Below, piece after piece: positions 21,613 to 30,890 of a DNA stretch of 64,000 bases. The DNA comes from Lamprobacter sp. GTDB lineage: Bacteria > Pseudomonadota > Gammaproteobacteria > Chromatiales > Chromatiaceae. The position numbers and the translations under genes were made by a program. The DNA is taken from positions 2-64,001 of the forward strand of contig NZ_JAYESN010000016.1 in assembly GCF_034860625.1 (NCBI RefSeq), given 5' to 3'. The notes beneath the pieces were generated by a model. It worked only from the letters and a program-made list of their open reading frames with translations, searched no databases and was not told the DNA's origin. How positions within the stretch are numbered: the stretch's first letter is position 1; every line of letters starts with the position of its first letter.

Positions 21613-22620
21613 TCACACCTGGTAGTAGTCGCGATACCAGTCGACGAAGCGGCGAATGCCGTCTTCGACGCTAGTCGCCGGGCGATAGCCGAGTTCGTCG
21701 ACCAGGTCGCTGACATCGGCATAGGTGTCTGGTACATCGCCAGGCTGCAGGGGCAGCAGCTCCTTCTCCGCGGTTTTACCCAGACATTGCTCCAAGGTCT
21801 CGATATAGTGCATCAGCTCGACCGGGCTATTGTTGCCGATGTTGTAGAGCCGGTAGGGGGCGCTGCTAGTGGCCGAGTCGGGGGCGCCACCACTCCAGTT
21901 CGGATTCGGCTCGGGAATGCGATCGAGCACCCGGATCACGCCCTCGACGATATCGTCGACATAGGTGAAGTCGCGCCGATGTTTGCCGTAGTTGAAGACC
22001 TGAATCGGCTCACCGGCGAGAATGGCGCGCGTGAACAGGAACAGCGCCATGTCTGGCCGGCCCCAGGGGCCGTAGACGGTAAAGAAGCGCAGTCCAGTCG
22101 TGGGTAGCCGGTATAACTCGCTGTAGGTATGCGCCATCAGCTCATTCGCCTTCTTGCTAGCGGCATAGAGGCTCAGTGGGTGATCGACGTTGTCGTGGAC
22201 CGAGAACGGCATGTTGGTGTTGGCGCCATAGACCGAGCTACTCGAGGCATAGACCAGATGCTCGACGCCGTTGTGCCGGCAGCCCTCGAGAATGTGGGCA
22301 AAGCCGACCAGATTGGTGTCGACATAGGCCAGTGGGTTTTCGATCGAGTAGCGCACGCCGGCTTGGGCTGCGAGGTTCACCACTCGATCGGGCTGATGCT
22401 CGGCGAAGGCCTGCGCAATACCCTCGCGGTCTTCGAGATGCAGGCGCAGATCCGTAAAGCCGGGATGGCCCTGGGTCCGCGCGAGCCGTGCCCGTTTGAG
22501 CTCGACATCGTAGTAATCGTTGAGGTTATCGATACCGACGACCTCGTCGCCGCGCTCGAGCAGCCGAATCGATAGCGCTGAGCCGATAAAGCCAGCGCTT
22601 CCCGTGACGAGCACCTTCAT
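21613..22620 (-). CDS. NAD-dependent epimerase (UDP-glucuronate 4-epimerase-like)
   Basis: [37 protein letters not shown]. Confidence 0.93.
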   Translation of the reverse strand: MKVLVTGSAGFIGSALSIRLLERGDEVVGIDNLNDYYDVELKRARLARTQGHPGFTDLRLHLEDREGIAQAFAEHQPDRVVNLAAQAGVRYSIENPLAYVDTNLVGFAHILEGCRHNGVEHLVYASSSSVYGANTNMPFSVHDNVDHPLSLYAASKKANELMAHTYSELYRLPTTGLRFFTVYGPWGRPDMALFLFTRAILAGEPIQVFNYGKHRRDFTYVDDIVEGVIRVLDRIPEPNPNWSGGAPDSATSSAPYRLYNIGNNSPVELMHYIETLEQCLGKTAEKELLPLQPGDVPDTYADVSDLVDELGYRPATSVEDGIRRFVDWYRDYYQV

Positions 22621-22704
22621 GCTTGTAACCTCCTCAGCGCACTTGATGCGCTATGAATAACCTCGAACTGCTGGGCATCAGAGTGGCCGCACCTAGCGTT
22701 GCCC

Positions 22705-22908
22705 TCATGATGACTTCTTGCGCCAAGCCTCGGCCTCTTCCTCGCTCAGCACGCGCGCTTCGTCCTCGAGCATCACCGGGATGCCGTCGCGGATCGGATA
22801 GGCGAGTCGGGCCGCGACGGCGACCAATTCCGCGTTGTCCTTGTCGTAGATCAGTGGGCCTTTGGTCACCGGGCAGACGAGGATATCGAGGAGCTTCTTA
22901 TCCAACAT
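22705..22908 (-). CDS. Trm112/YcaR-family protein
   Basis: [19 protein letters not shown]...[11 protein letters not shown]. Confidence 0.9.
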   Translation of the reverse strand: MLDKKLLDILVCPVTKGPLIYDKDNAELVAVAARLAYPIRDGIPVMLEDEARVLSEEEAEAWRKKSS

Positions 22909-23007
22909 GATCTTCTCTTGGGCGGGGTGGATGTCTGGAACAAACCAGAATCCTACCTCAGCTTGGCCTGTTCCGTGTTGCCGATTCGTCAGCGGGGGCT
23001 GCAACGC

Positions 23008-23045
23008 AAAACGGCCGGAACGAGAGTGATCCCGTTCCGGCCGTT
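23008..23045 (-). terminator. Intrinsic terminator of the RRM gene
   Basis: 13-bp inverted repeat AACGGCCGGAACG/CGTTCCGGCCGTT, followed by a T run on the minus strand. Confidence 0.7.
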
Positions 23046-23100
23046 GATCTCACCGGAAGCCCCTTTCCTCGGCCGAGGAAAGGGGCCCTGTGATCAGGGC

Positions 23101-23406
23101 TTACCAGCGACGACCGCCGCCAGCACCGCCACCACCGCCGCCACCTGGACGACCACCACGCTCAGCGCGCGGCTTCGCCTGATTGACACGAATCGGACGG
23201 CCCTTCATCGGCTGCTCATTGAGTGCCTTGATAGCGGCGTCCGCCTCGCTGTTGTTAGGCATCTCGACGAAGCCGAAGCCCTTCGATTCGCCCGTGAATT
23301 TGTCCATGATCAGGTTCGCGCTTTCGACTTCGCCGTAAGCGCCAAAGGCTTCACGGAGCTCATCCTGGGTCACGCTGTAGGCCAAGTTGCCAACGTAGAT
23401 ATTCAT
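23101..23406 (-). CDS. RRM RNA-binding protein with Gly-rich tail
   Basis: RNP2 IYVGNL and RNP1 KGFGFVEM. Confidence 0.95.
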   Translation of the reverse strand: MNIYVGNLAYSVTQDELREAFGAYGEVESANLIMDKFTGESKGFGFVEMPNNSEADAAIKALNEQPMKGRPIRVNQAKPRAERGGRPGGGGGGGAGGGRRW

Positions 23407-23688
23407 CAGTCTCGTCTCTCTGGAAATACACACCGTAGGAAAGTGAACCGCCGCAGACCGGTGTGCACATCAAGCGGCCGTAGCGGTGGATGAACAGGTC
23501 ATCCGTCGGGTCGATAAAGCGAGGTAAAGCGTGAGGCGGGGTTGCGCAGCCCGAACTCCATCGGCTTGCACAACGCGATGATCGATGGCGGGAGCATACA
23601 CTGGTCGTTAGGTGGTTGAAAGGAAAATCTTCCGCCGCTGAACCATTTCAGTGATCGGCTGAGACCACAGGCTCAATTGCCCCTGGGG

Positions 23689-24111
23689 TTAATCAGCTGT
23701 CCCCTGACAAGAGGGATCGAGACCCTTTGCATGCCGCTCGGCTTGGGCAATATTGATGAACATCTGAATCTCTCGCTCGCGTCGGCTGGGGGATAGGGTC
23801 TTCTCTTTTGCTGCTTGCCAGGCCGCATCGATCTTAGGATAGAGCGCCTCAGCAGCCGCTAGATCGCCGCGATCACGGAGGATGGCGGCCTTCAGCATCA
23901 GCCCGCGCTCGAGATTGTCGGCATGGCCTTTTGCGATAGCCTGATCGACCAGCATCAGCGCTTGGTTGTGGCTGCACTGGCCGAAGGCGATGAGCGCGAA
24001 CCGATTCTCAGGCCCCATCGGATCTTCGGCGCAGCCGCTAAGAAGCAGGACGGACAGCAGGCCAGCGATACCGAATGGGCCAAGCCGGGCGTGCAGGTTG
24101 ATTGGGGTCAT
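23689..24111 (-). CDS. Hypothetical lipoprotein (TPR-like)
   Basis: Lipobox LLSG-C; helical body. Confidence 0.7.
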   Translation of the reverse strand: MTPINLHARLGPFGIAGLLSVLLLSGCAEDPMGPENRFALIAFGQCSHNQALMLVDQAIAKGHADNLERGLMLKAAILRDRGDLAAAEALYPKIDAAWQAAKEKTLSPSRREREIQMFINIAQAERHAKGLDPSCQGTAD

Positions 24112-24330
24112 GAACGATGGTCCTTCTGCAGGTTGGGTGGGCAAAAACCGCCTCGAGCACCTGGTGATGCCGATGTCATTTTAGCGAAGTCTCGCGCCTC
24201 AGCCTCAAGCCCTTATGAAAGAGGCTCATGTCGATGCTACTTGATTGGCGTCGATGCCACTTGATTGGCTGACCCAGATTGCTAGAATCAAGGATCGCGA
24301 TAGGATCGCTCCATAGGCTGTGCACCACCA

Positions 24331-26121
24331 ATGCCAGAAGGACCCTCCAAGCAAGCAGATGTCACCGCCCTGGGGACGGGGAACAACGCCAGCGCCGATG
24401 TGCAAGATCCCGAGAGTCGCTTGCGCGAGCGCAGATTGCGCCTTGCGATCGCCGCGGCTGGCATCGGTGTCTGGGAATACGATCTCGAGCAACCTCAGCT
24501 CTCTTGGGATGACTGGATGCACAGGCTACATGGTCTGGACGCTCGGCATCTGAAGATCGACCTTGCCACATGGCGCCATCTGGTCCACCCAGACGACCGT
24601 TTTCGTGCACTGCGTGCCATGCTCCGCGTGACCCGGTCGGATGAAGCGCGCCTCGTGCAGCTCCGGGTGCTGTTGCCCTCTGGAGAATGCCGGCATCTCA
24701 GAGTGCATGCGCAGCGCATTCAGGACAGGATGACAGAGGGCTACTGCCTGGTCGGCGTCTGCGACGATATGACCGAGCAGCAGCAGGTCTCGGCGCGGAT
24801 CGAGCAACTCGCACTCTATGACGAGCTGACCGGTCTCCCGAATCGCCGGCTTTTGCTCAACCGGTTAGAGCATGCCATCACCCTGACCGATCGTCAGGCC
24901 GGCCATCGGGCGCTGTTACTGCTGGATCTCGACGGCTTCAAACGGGTCAATGATACGCTCGGCCATGCGGTTGGTGATCAACTCTTGATCACCTTCAGTG
25001 AACGCTTGCGTGAGGCGCTGCGGCAAACCGATACGGCGGCTCGGCTTGGGGGCGATGAGTTCGTGGTGCTGTGCGAGGCGCTCAGCACGGATTCCGAGGT
25101 GGCGACTCGAGAGGCCGCGGGCATTGCCTCGAAGATCGCGCGCTTGGCCGCCGTTCCTTATCGGCTCACCGGTGCCCAGGATCGCCTGCTGTATTGCTCC
25201 ACGAGCATCGGCATCACTTTGTTCGCCAATGCCGCGTGCAATGCCGATGAGGTGATGAAACAGGCCGATATTGCGATGTACGCGGCGAAGCAGGGCGGTC
25301 GCGATACCTGGCGCTTCTTCCAAGCGAGCATGCAGCAGGCGATCGAGTTCAAGGAGAGCCGTTCGCTCGCCTTGCGCCAGGCCTTGGCGCGGGAGGAACT
25401 GACGCTGCACTATCTGCCGCTGGTCAATGCCGATGGTCAATGGTGCGGCTGCGAGGCGCTGGTGCGATGGGCCGCCTCGGAGCGGGATCTACGCCGACCG
25501 GACGCCTTCTTGCAGTTGGCCGAGGACAGTGGGCTGATCCAGGCCATCGATGACTGGGTGCTGCGTCGCGCTTGCGAGGATTTCGCCTCGATACGCCCTT
25601 TGGCTGGCCACCCCGATCTACATCTTGGCGTCAATGTGAGTGTGCGCCAATTGATCGATACAGACTTCGCTCAACGTGTGTTGCGCACCGTCGAAGCGAC
25701 CGGCCTGCAGCCTCAACAGATCCGGCTTGAAGTGAGTGAGCAGTCGTTGTTCACCGATGTCGAGCGCGCCGAAGCGGCGCTCAAGCGCCTGCAGCAGGCT
25801 GGGATTGCCGTGGTCTTGGATGACTATGGAACCGGCCCGTCCTCGCTGATCCAGTTGCAGCGACTGGCCTTTCATGCGGTCAAGATCGATCAGACCCTGA
25901 TCAAGGATATCGAGCGCAACCCCTCGCAGCTGGTGATTGTGCGCGCCGCGCTCAGTGTGACCAGGGCGTTTTCGATACCGGTCATCGCCGAAGGCGTCGA
26001 AAACGAGGCGCAGTATCAACTCCTGCGCGCTGAGGGCTGTACCCTGTTCCAGGGCTATTACTTCGCCACCCCGATGCCGCTTGAGATCCTGTTACAGGGT
26101 TTCGAGCGGAGTCTCTGCTGA
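24331..26121 (+). CDS. PAS-GGDEF-EAL diguanylate cyclase/phosphodiesterase
   Basis: PAS_3 (VHPDD), LTGLPNR, GGDEF, EAL, DDYGTG, AEGVE. Confidence 0.93.
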   Translation: MPEGPSKQADVTALGTGNNASADVQDPESRLRERRLRLAIAAAGIGVWEYDLEQPQLSWDDWMHRLHGLDARHLKIDLATWRHLVHPDDRFRALRAMLRVTRSDEARLVQLRVLLPSGECRHLRVHAQRIQDRMTEGYCLVGVCDDMTEQQQVSARIEQLALYDELTGLPNRRLLLNRLEHAITLTDRQAGHRALLLLDLDGFKRVNDTLGHAVGDQLLITFSERLREALRQTDTAARLGGDEFVVLCEALSTDSEVATREAAGIASKIARLAAVPYRLTGAQDRLLYCSTSIGITLFANAACNADEVMKQADIAMYAAKQGGRDTWRFFQASMQQAIEFKESRSLALRQALAREELTLHYLPLVNADGQWCGCEALVRWAASERDLRRPDAFLQLAEDSGLIQAIDDWVLRRACEDFASIRPLAGHPDLHLGVNVSVRQLIDTDFAQRVLRTVEATGLQPQQIRLEVSEQSLFTDVERAEAALKRLQQAGIAVVLDDYGTGPSSLIQLQRLAFHAVKIDQTLIKDIERNPSQLVIVRAALSVTRAFSIPVIAEGVENEAQYQLLRAEGCTLFQGYYFATPMPLEILLQGFERSLC

Positions 26122-26184
26122 GGCCCAAGGCAGTCCGAACCTTCCGCAAGCATTGATCGCGCAAGCCTTGTCGGCATGCCGGGG

Positions 26185-26526
26185 CTACTGCCCGGGCGCC
26201 GGCTGCTGGAACTTGTCGAGCCGGGTCACTGAGATATCGCTGGTGAAGACCACGCCCATGTGTTTGTTGAAGAAGGGCGTCAGGCCTTCTAGGATGGGGC
26301 CGGCAAGATCCTCGGGAACGGCGGTGATGATCATCACCAACACATCATCGGTATTGAACATCAGATGACCTTCGTGGCTGCCATGCGAGCCTTTGCCGGA
26401 GAGGTTATGCACCAGGGTCCAGCCACTGACGCCGGCGCGCTCCAGCAGATCGATCACGAACTCTTGGTATTCCCCCTGAACGATAATCTCCAACTTCTTC
26501 ATTGAGCTCTGTTTGAGCGCTTGCAT
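26185..26526 (-). CDS. P-II-superfamily (SbtB-like) regulator
   Basis: MKKLEII...AGVSGWT...SGKGSHG; last gene of the DAB operon. Confidence 0.85.
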   Translation of the reverse strand: MQALKQSSMKKLEIIVQGEYQEFVIDLLERAGVSGWTLVHNLSGKGSHGSHEGHLMFNTDDVLVMIITAVPEDLAGPILEGLTPFFNKHMGVVFTSDISVTRLDKFQQPAPGQ

Positions 26527-26606
26527 CGTGAGTGACCTTATGTCATTGCGGTTTCAATAAAGAGCGGCTTCAAGACGACCCTCAGGAACCGATCAGGCCG
26601 AACCGA

Positions 26607-29348
26607 TCAGGCCGATACGGATCGCGCCTCGCGCGACGTCTTAGCGTCGATCGGCGCCCAAGCGCCCGACTCGTAGCCCTGCAGGCATCCGTTCTGCGGG
26701 TCCAGTACCAGGAGCTTGATCCAACCATTGCGCACCAGTTCGCGTGGCTTATAGAGCCGATCCAACAGCCCCTGCACCAAGGGCAGCGGGGCTTCGATGA
26801 GGGTGAGCAGACGCATCGGCTTGTGATAGGGCCGGTCACCTTTGAGCACCGTCTGCGCGGGTAGCCCAGTGCGTAGATCACTGAGGTTGCCGCTCATCAC
26901 GCCAAAGCGTCCGGTAATATTGTGGAAGACTTTGCTGCCACTGCCAAAACCTTCATTGTCGACCACCGAGAAATAATGCTCGAGGTTGATCCATTGGGCG
27001 ACGATCAGCGGGCCGGAGAGGATGCTTTCGAGTAGGCGGCCTTGGGGATCGAGTCGATGATCATAGGAGTGCAGGAAGGCACGCCCGTCCAGATCGAGCC
27101 CACGCGTCAGCGCACGACCACCAATGATGAAGCTGGCATTCCTGGACAAGCCCCATTCGGGGCGCACCTGGGTCCAATCGAGCGCGTGGCGCTTGACGCG
27201 CCGGGCTGCGGTCTCTGGACTGCCGACGCCCTGCTCTTTGAGCTCGCGGCAGCGTTCCAAGGCGCACAGGCGCCCAGCCGCGGTCAGATCCTCTTGGATG
27301 CGAGTCATGCGTGTGAGCAGGGCGGGCGGGAGCTGATCCAGGTCGGCTGGCAGGATCTCATCGGTGGTGGTGTCGTGCAGCAGCGGGATGAACCAGGTCT
27401 CTTCCGGGATTGAGATGCCATCTTTGACAAGCAGCTCACGCACCTCGCGCCGATTGGCCATGGCGGCGAAGATGCGGGCGTTGATCAGCCCTTGATCGCC
27501 ACCGCAGGCACCGCAGTCCAATGCCGACTCATAGGGGTTATTTTCCGAAGTGCTGCCATGGCCGACCACCAGGACAGTGCGGCCAAAGCCCCGGCTGAGG
27601 CCGATCGAGCGCAAGGCATTGCCGACCAGCTGTGCCTGGCGCTGGTGACGGAAGCCGATCTTGGCGAGATGCTCAAGCTGAATGCGCGCCTGGTCCGGGT
27701 TGACCCGGTACTCGACCTGCAGCGAGCGGATGAAGACCGCCTCGCTGGCCGGCTCGATGTCGAAACGATCGGCGAAGAGGGAGCCACGGCCCCGGCGTTG
27801 CCCGAGCGCGATCTCGCGCAGTTCGCGGATCATCGGATTGGTGAGTGCTTCGCGCTTGATGCCAAAATGCCGCTCGGCGGCGCGGATGATCATCTCGTCC
27901 TGCAAGTGAGTGATCAGCTCGCGTGCCTCTTCTTCGCTGATCTTATCGATCAGCAGACGCAGCGGCGGCTTTTGGCTCTCTAGCCGTTGCCGCCAGGTGT
28001 TGTAAGCCCGCGGCGCAAAGGTCTTGCCCACCATATCGAAGCCAAACAGCAGCCCGACCGCCTCGACCGTTACATAGGGCGCGAGCACCGTGTTCTTGAG
28101 GTCGTGCACCACCTCGTGCGCTAGCTCGTAGAGCGAGTGCGAGACCTTGGCATGGGTGTGCGGCATCTCGACGACGACATTCTGTGGCTGCACGACGGCC
28201 GGACAGAGCGCGGTCTCGTGGCCCTTGCCGAACTCGATGAAGCTGAGCGGGATGCCGAAGAAGCCGGCGATGCCATAGGTCTCATAGTCGCCGAGTAACT
28301 CGAGCTGGCGACGCAGGCGCTCGCTGCGCACATCGATACAGAACAGCGCCTGGACGCTCTCGCAGGGGCTGCTGAGATCCTCTTGGTTGTTCGCATCGAG
28401 CTGATTGGCTGCGCCTGGGGTCTTGGCGTTTGCGAGCGTTGGGCCGAGCGCGGCTAGCAGCCGATCGCGATAGGTCTGCTCGAGCGCACGGGTCCAGGTC
28501 ATACCTTCGCTGGCCTTGAGCGCATAGAGCCCATTGATCAGCTGCAAGAGTCTGTGGTCCGGATACCCGAGCAGCTGATCACGAGCGATGCCGGCACGCT
28601 CGGCCATGGCCTGGATACGCGCTGCGCGGGTGCGGGCCTCGCGGGCTCGCTTGACGCGCTCATACTCGAGAAAGAGCGCATCCAGACGCGCCGGGTCGCC
28701 ACGCTCGAGCGTAACCTCAATGCGGTGCGCGAAGTCCGGCAGTACGCTGCCGGCGTTGAGCTCGCGCCGCAGCAGGCATTCGTGGGGATGAGTTTCGGCA
28801 AAGGCTTTAAGCGCCGGCCAGCTGAGGTCGCGTTTCAGGCGTCGACCGGCGTCCTCGAGCAAGGCGAGGGCGAGCACCAGCCGGATGGCCAGGAAATCGA
28901 CGAGATCCGCGGGATTGCGCTCTTGCCAGTAGTAGTGGCGGGCCTGGGCGCGCCAGCGCACGAAACCGGCCCAGCCATGGAGCTTGCTGAGCTCGAGGGT
29001 GAAGTTGTCCATCCAGAAGGCTTCTGGCACGCCGAGACGGCGCATGACCCGATCGATCATCACCTCGGGCTGGTCGGTCTCGGCGAGGATGGCGCCGACA
29101 TCCATGCCCCGCATCTTCAAGCGCCGGTTGCGCCGCGCGATCCGGCTCCAGGCACGAAAGAGCCCTTGGCGGCGTCCAGGCATGCGCCAAATCGATTGGC
29201 CCTCGTCGAAGAAGTCCATCAGTCCTTTGATCAGCAGTTCGTTCAGCGTCTCGCCGATGCGGGTGCCAAAGAGCTGATCGACCGCATCGTAGAGGGTTAG
29301 CTCACGACCAAGCTGGGCGGCGAACGCTGGATTGGCATCGGCTGTCAT
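26607..29348 (-). CDS. dabA: DabA (DUF2309) C-terminal part with beta-carbonic-anhydrase-like Zn site
   Basis: GWAG, FCIDVRSE, GIAGFFG, GHGS, LDCGACGG, RPEWGL, FLHSYD; the N-terminus lies in a separate ORF. Confidence 0.88.
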   Translation of the reverse strand: MTADANPAFAAQLGRELTLYDAVDQLFGTRIGETLNELLIKGLMDFFDEGQSIWRMPGRRQGLFRAWSRIARRNRRLKMRGMDVGAILAETDQPEVMIDRVMRRLGVPEAFWMDNFTLELSKLHGWAGFVRWRAQARHYYWQERNPADLVDFLAIRLVLALALLEDAGRRLKRDLSWPALKAFAETHPHECLLRRELNAGSVLPDFAHRIEVTLERGDPARLDALFLEYERVKRAREARTRAARIQAMAERAGIARDQLLGYPDHRLLQLINGLYALKASEGMTWTRALEQTYRDRLLAALGPTLANAKTPGAANQLDANNQEDLSSPCESVQALFCIDVRSERLRRQLELLGDYETYGIAGFFGIPLSFIEFGKGHETALCPAVVQPQNVVVEMPHTHAKVSHSLYELAHEVVHDLKNTVLAPYVTVEAVGLLFGFDMVGKTFAPRAYNTWRQRLESQKPPLRLLIDKISEEEARELITHLQDEMIIRAAERHFGIKREALTNPMIRELREIALGQRRGRGSLFADRFDIEPASEAVFIRSLQVEYRVNPDQARIQLEHLAKIGFRHQRQAQLVGNALRSIGLSRGFGRTVLVVGHGSTSENNPYESALDCGACGGDQGLINARIFAAMANRREVRELLVKDGISIPEETWFIPLLHDTTTDEILPADLDQLPPALLTRMTRIQEDLTAAGRLCALERCRELKEQGVGSPETAARRVKRHALDWTQVRPEWGLSRNASFIIGGRALTRGLDLDGRAFLHSYDHRLDPQGRLLESILSGPLIVAQWINLEHYFSVVDNEGFGSGSKVFHNITGRFGVMSGNLSDLRTGLPAQTVLKGDRPYHKPMRLLTLIEAPLPLVQGLLDRLYKPRELVRNGWIKLLVLDPQNGCLQGYESGAWAPIDAKTSREARSVSA

Positions 29349-29457
29349 CGCACTGATTCCCGGTTGGCGACCTGGTTGGCGGTCTGCTTGGCCAGGCTAA
29401 ACTGTCTGGCCTGGCTGAGTTGGCTGAGCTGTCTGGTCTGCTTGGCGCTGATGACGA

Positions 29458-30087
29458 TCACGGCACTGGCTGGCGAAGGCAAGCCAGCACCTCTTCGGCG
29501 CAAGGCACGCAATCACCGGGACTGGGTTGATCGAGCCCGGTCAGCATCGCCATCAGCAGGCGTTTGAGGAGAGCGTCAGCACCTGTTCTGGATTCAGCTC
29601 CATCTCCGGCATTGGCGCTGGTGTCCGCTTCACTGAGGATGTTGGCATCGGCTATGTTGTCGGCAAGCCAGGCGTCGACCTGGTCGCTGACCAGCGTCTC
29701 GAGTACGGCGAGGTCGATATCGCCCTCGGCGAGCATGCGCTGATAGTCGTTGCGGCGCAGCCAGCCGCGGGCATGGAAGAGGCGGCTCGCCTCGGCCACA
29801 GCCTGCTCAAACGGCAGGTGTTCGAGTCCGTGCAACGGGTTGTGATGGATGAAGTTGCGCATTGGCCAGAAAAACGGCAGCACCTCGCCGGCCATGGTGA
29901 CCATGGAGCGGATCTTGAGACGCTGGCCGAGGCTGGGCAGGCTGTGCGGATCGACTTCCGATGTGCGCTCCGCGGTGCCTCTGAGCCTGTCCGCTGAGGT
30001 GGACCTGGTTGATTCCGGAGCAGGATGCTCGCTGGCCGAGCTGGCGGAAACGGGTCTAGCGGAAGCGGATTCGGAGCTGCTAGTCAT
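29458..30087 (-). CDS. dabA: DabA N-terminal part (split gene or pseudogene fragment)
   Basis: WPMRNFIHHNPLHGLEHLPFEQAV is the DUF2309 N-terminal motif; different frame from the C-terminal part. Confidence 0.8.
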   Translation of the reverse strand: MTSSSESASARPVSASSASEHPAPESTRSTSADRLRGTAERTSEVDPHSLPSLGQRLKIRSMVTMAGEVLPFFWPMRNFIHHNPLHGLEHLPFEQAVAEASRLFHARGWLRRNDYQRMLAEGDIDLAVLETLVSDQVDAWLADNIADANILSEADTSANAGDGAESRTGADALLKRLLMAMLTGLDQPSPGDCVPCAEEVLACLRQPVP

Positions 30088-30881
30088 AGGGCACGCTCTA
30101 CCAAGAAGAGTCCAAACAGGGCCAACCCGAGCATGCCGGCGCCCTGAGCGACTGCGCTTGCCGGCTTAAGATCAGGATACTGGAGGTCGTCGCGCGGGAT
30201 GCCAAAGACGATGCCAGTAAGCAGATTGGTACCGGCCCAGGTCCAGAGCAGCCATGAGATCCCGAGCGGCAACAAGGTGACCAGATCATGCCTGCCGACA
30301 CCGCCAAAGGCTAGATCGGCAATGGCGAAGAAGCTAGGAGAAAAGGGCACGGCAATGGCGACCAAGACGGCGATGATGAACAGGGTCGAGAAGCGGGGCA
30401 TGCGCTGCCCGAGCCCGGGATAGAGGCCAACGCGCGCGATACCAAAGCGGCGCGCCAGGCTGTCGAGCAAGAACAGCAGCGGCAGCAAGGGGAGCGCGAG
30501 TCCCAGTGCCGGCAGCAAGGGCGGTACCTGATGGGCAACGCCGACCCAGATCAGTGACAGCGCCGAGCTGTAGAGCTGCGCCAGCCAGATTCGCCCGTCG
30601 CGCGCACTCAGCATCCGAAAGGCATAGAGGAGGGATGTGGCGCCACCCCAGAGGGCGAAAGCGGTCATCAGGGTGGACGCTTGATCCTCAGCGAGCGCGA
30701 GTCCGAGCGCGATCAGGCCAACCCCCGCGAGCGGCATCAGCAGGATGAGTGCGGCCTGAGTCTGGGGTTGTCCAAGCCGACCCGGACGGGTCGACTGCAG
30801 CAGCAGATTGACGCCGATACTGAGCGGGAACAGTGGCAGCAGCAGGCCGGCGAGCAGGAAGCAGGCTAGGGTCAGCATCAA
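30084..30881 (-). CDS. Membrane protein, degenerate NuoM/Mrp-like
   Basis: Multi-TM protein; GLGQRMPRF...AIAVPFSPSF resembles the NuoM GGL..MP/GLP.F motif; ATGA overlap with dabA. Confidence 0.65.
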   Translation of the reverse strand: MMLTLACFLLAGLLLPLFPLSIGVNLLLQSTRPGRLGQPQTQAALILLMPLAGVGLIALGLALAEDQASTLMTAFALWGGATSLLYAFRMLSARDGRIWLAQLYSSALSLIWVGVAHQVPPLLPALGLALPLLPLLFLLDSLARRFGIARVGLYPGLGQRMPRFSTLFIIAVLVAIAVPFSPSFFAIADLAFGGVGRHDLVTLLPLGISWLLWTWAGTNLLTGIVFGIPRDDLQYPDLKPASAVAQGAGMLGLALFGLFLVERAL

Positions 30882-30890
30882 TCTTTGACC

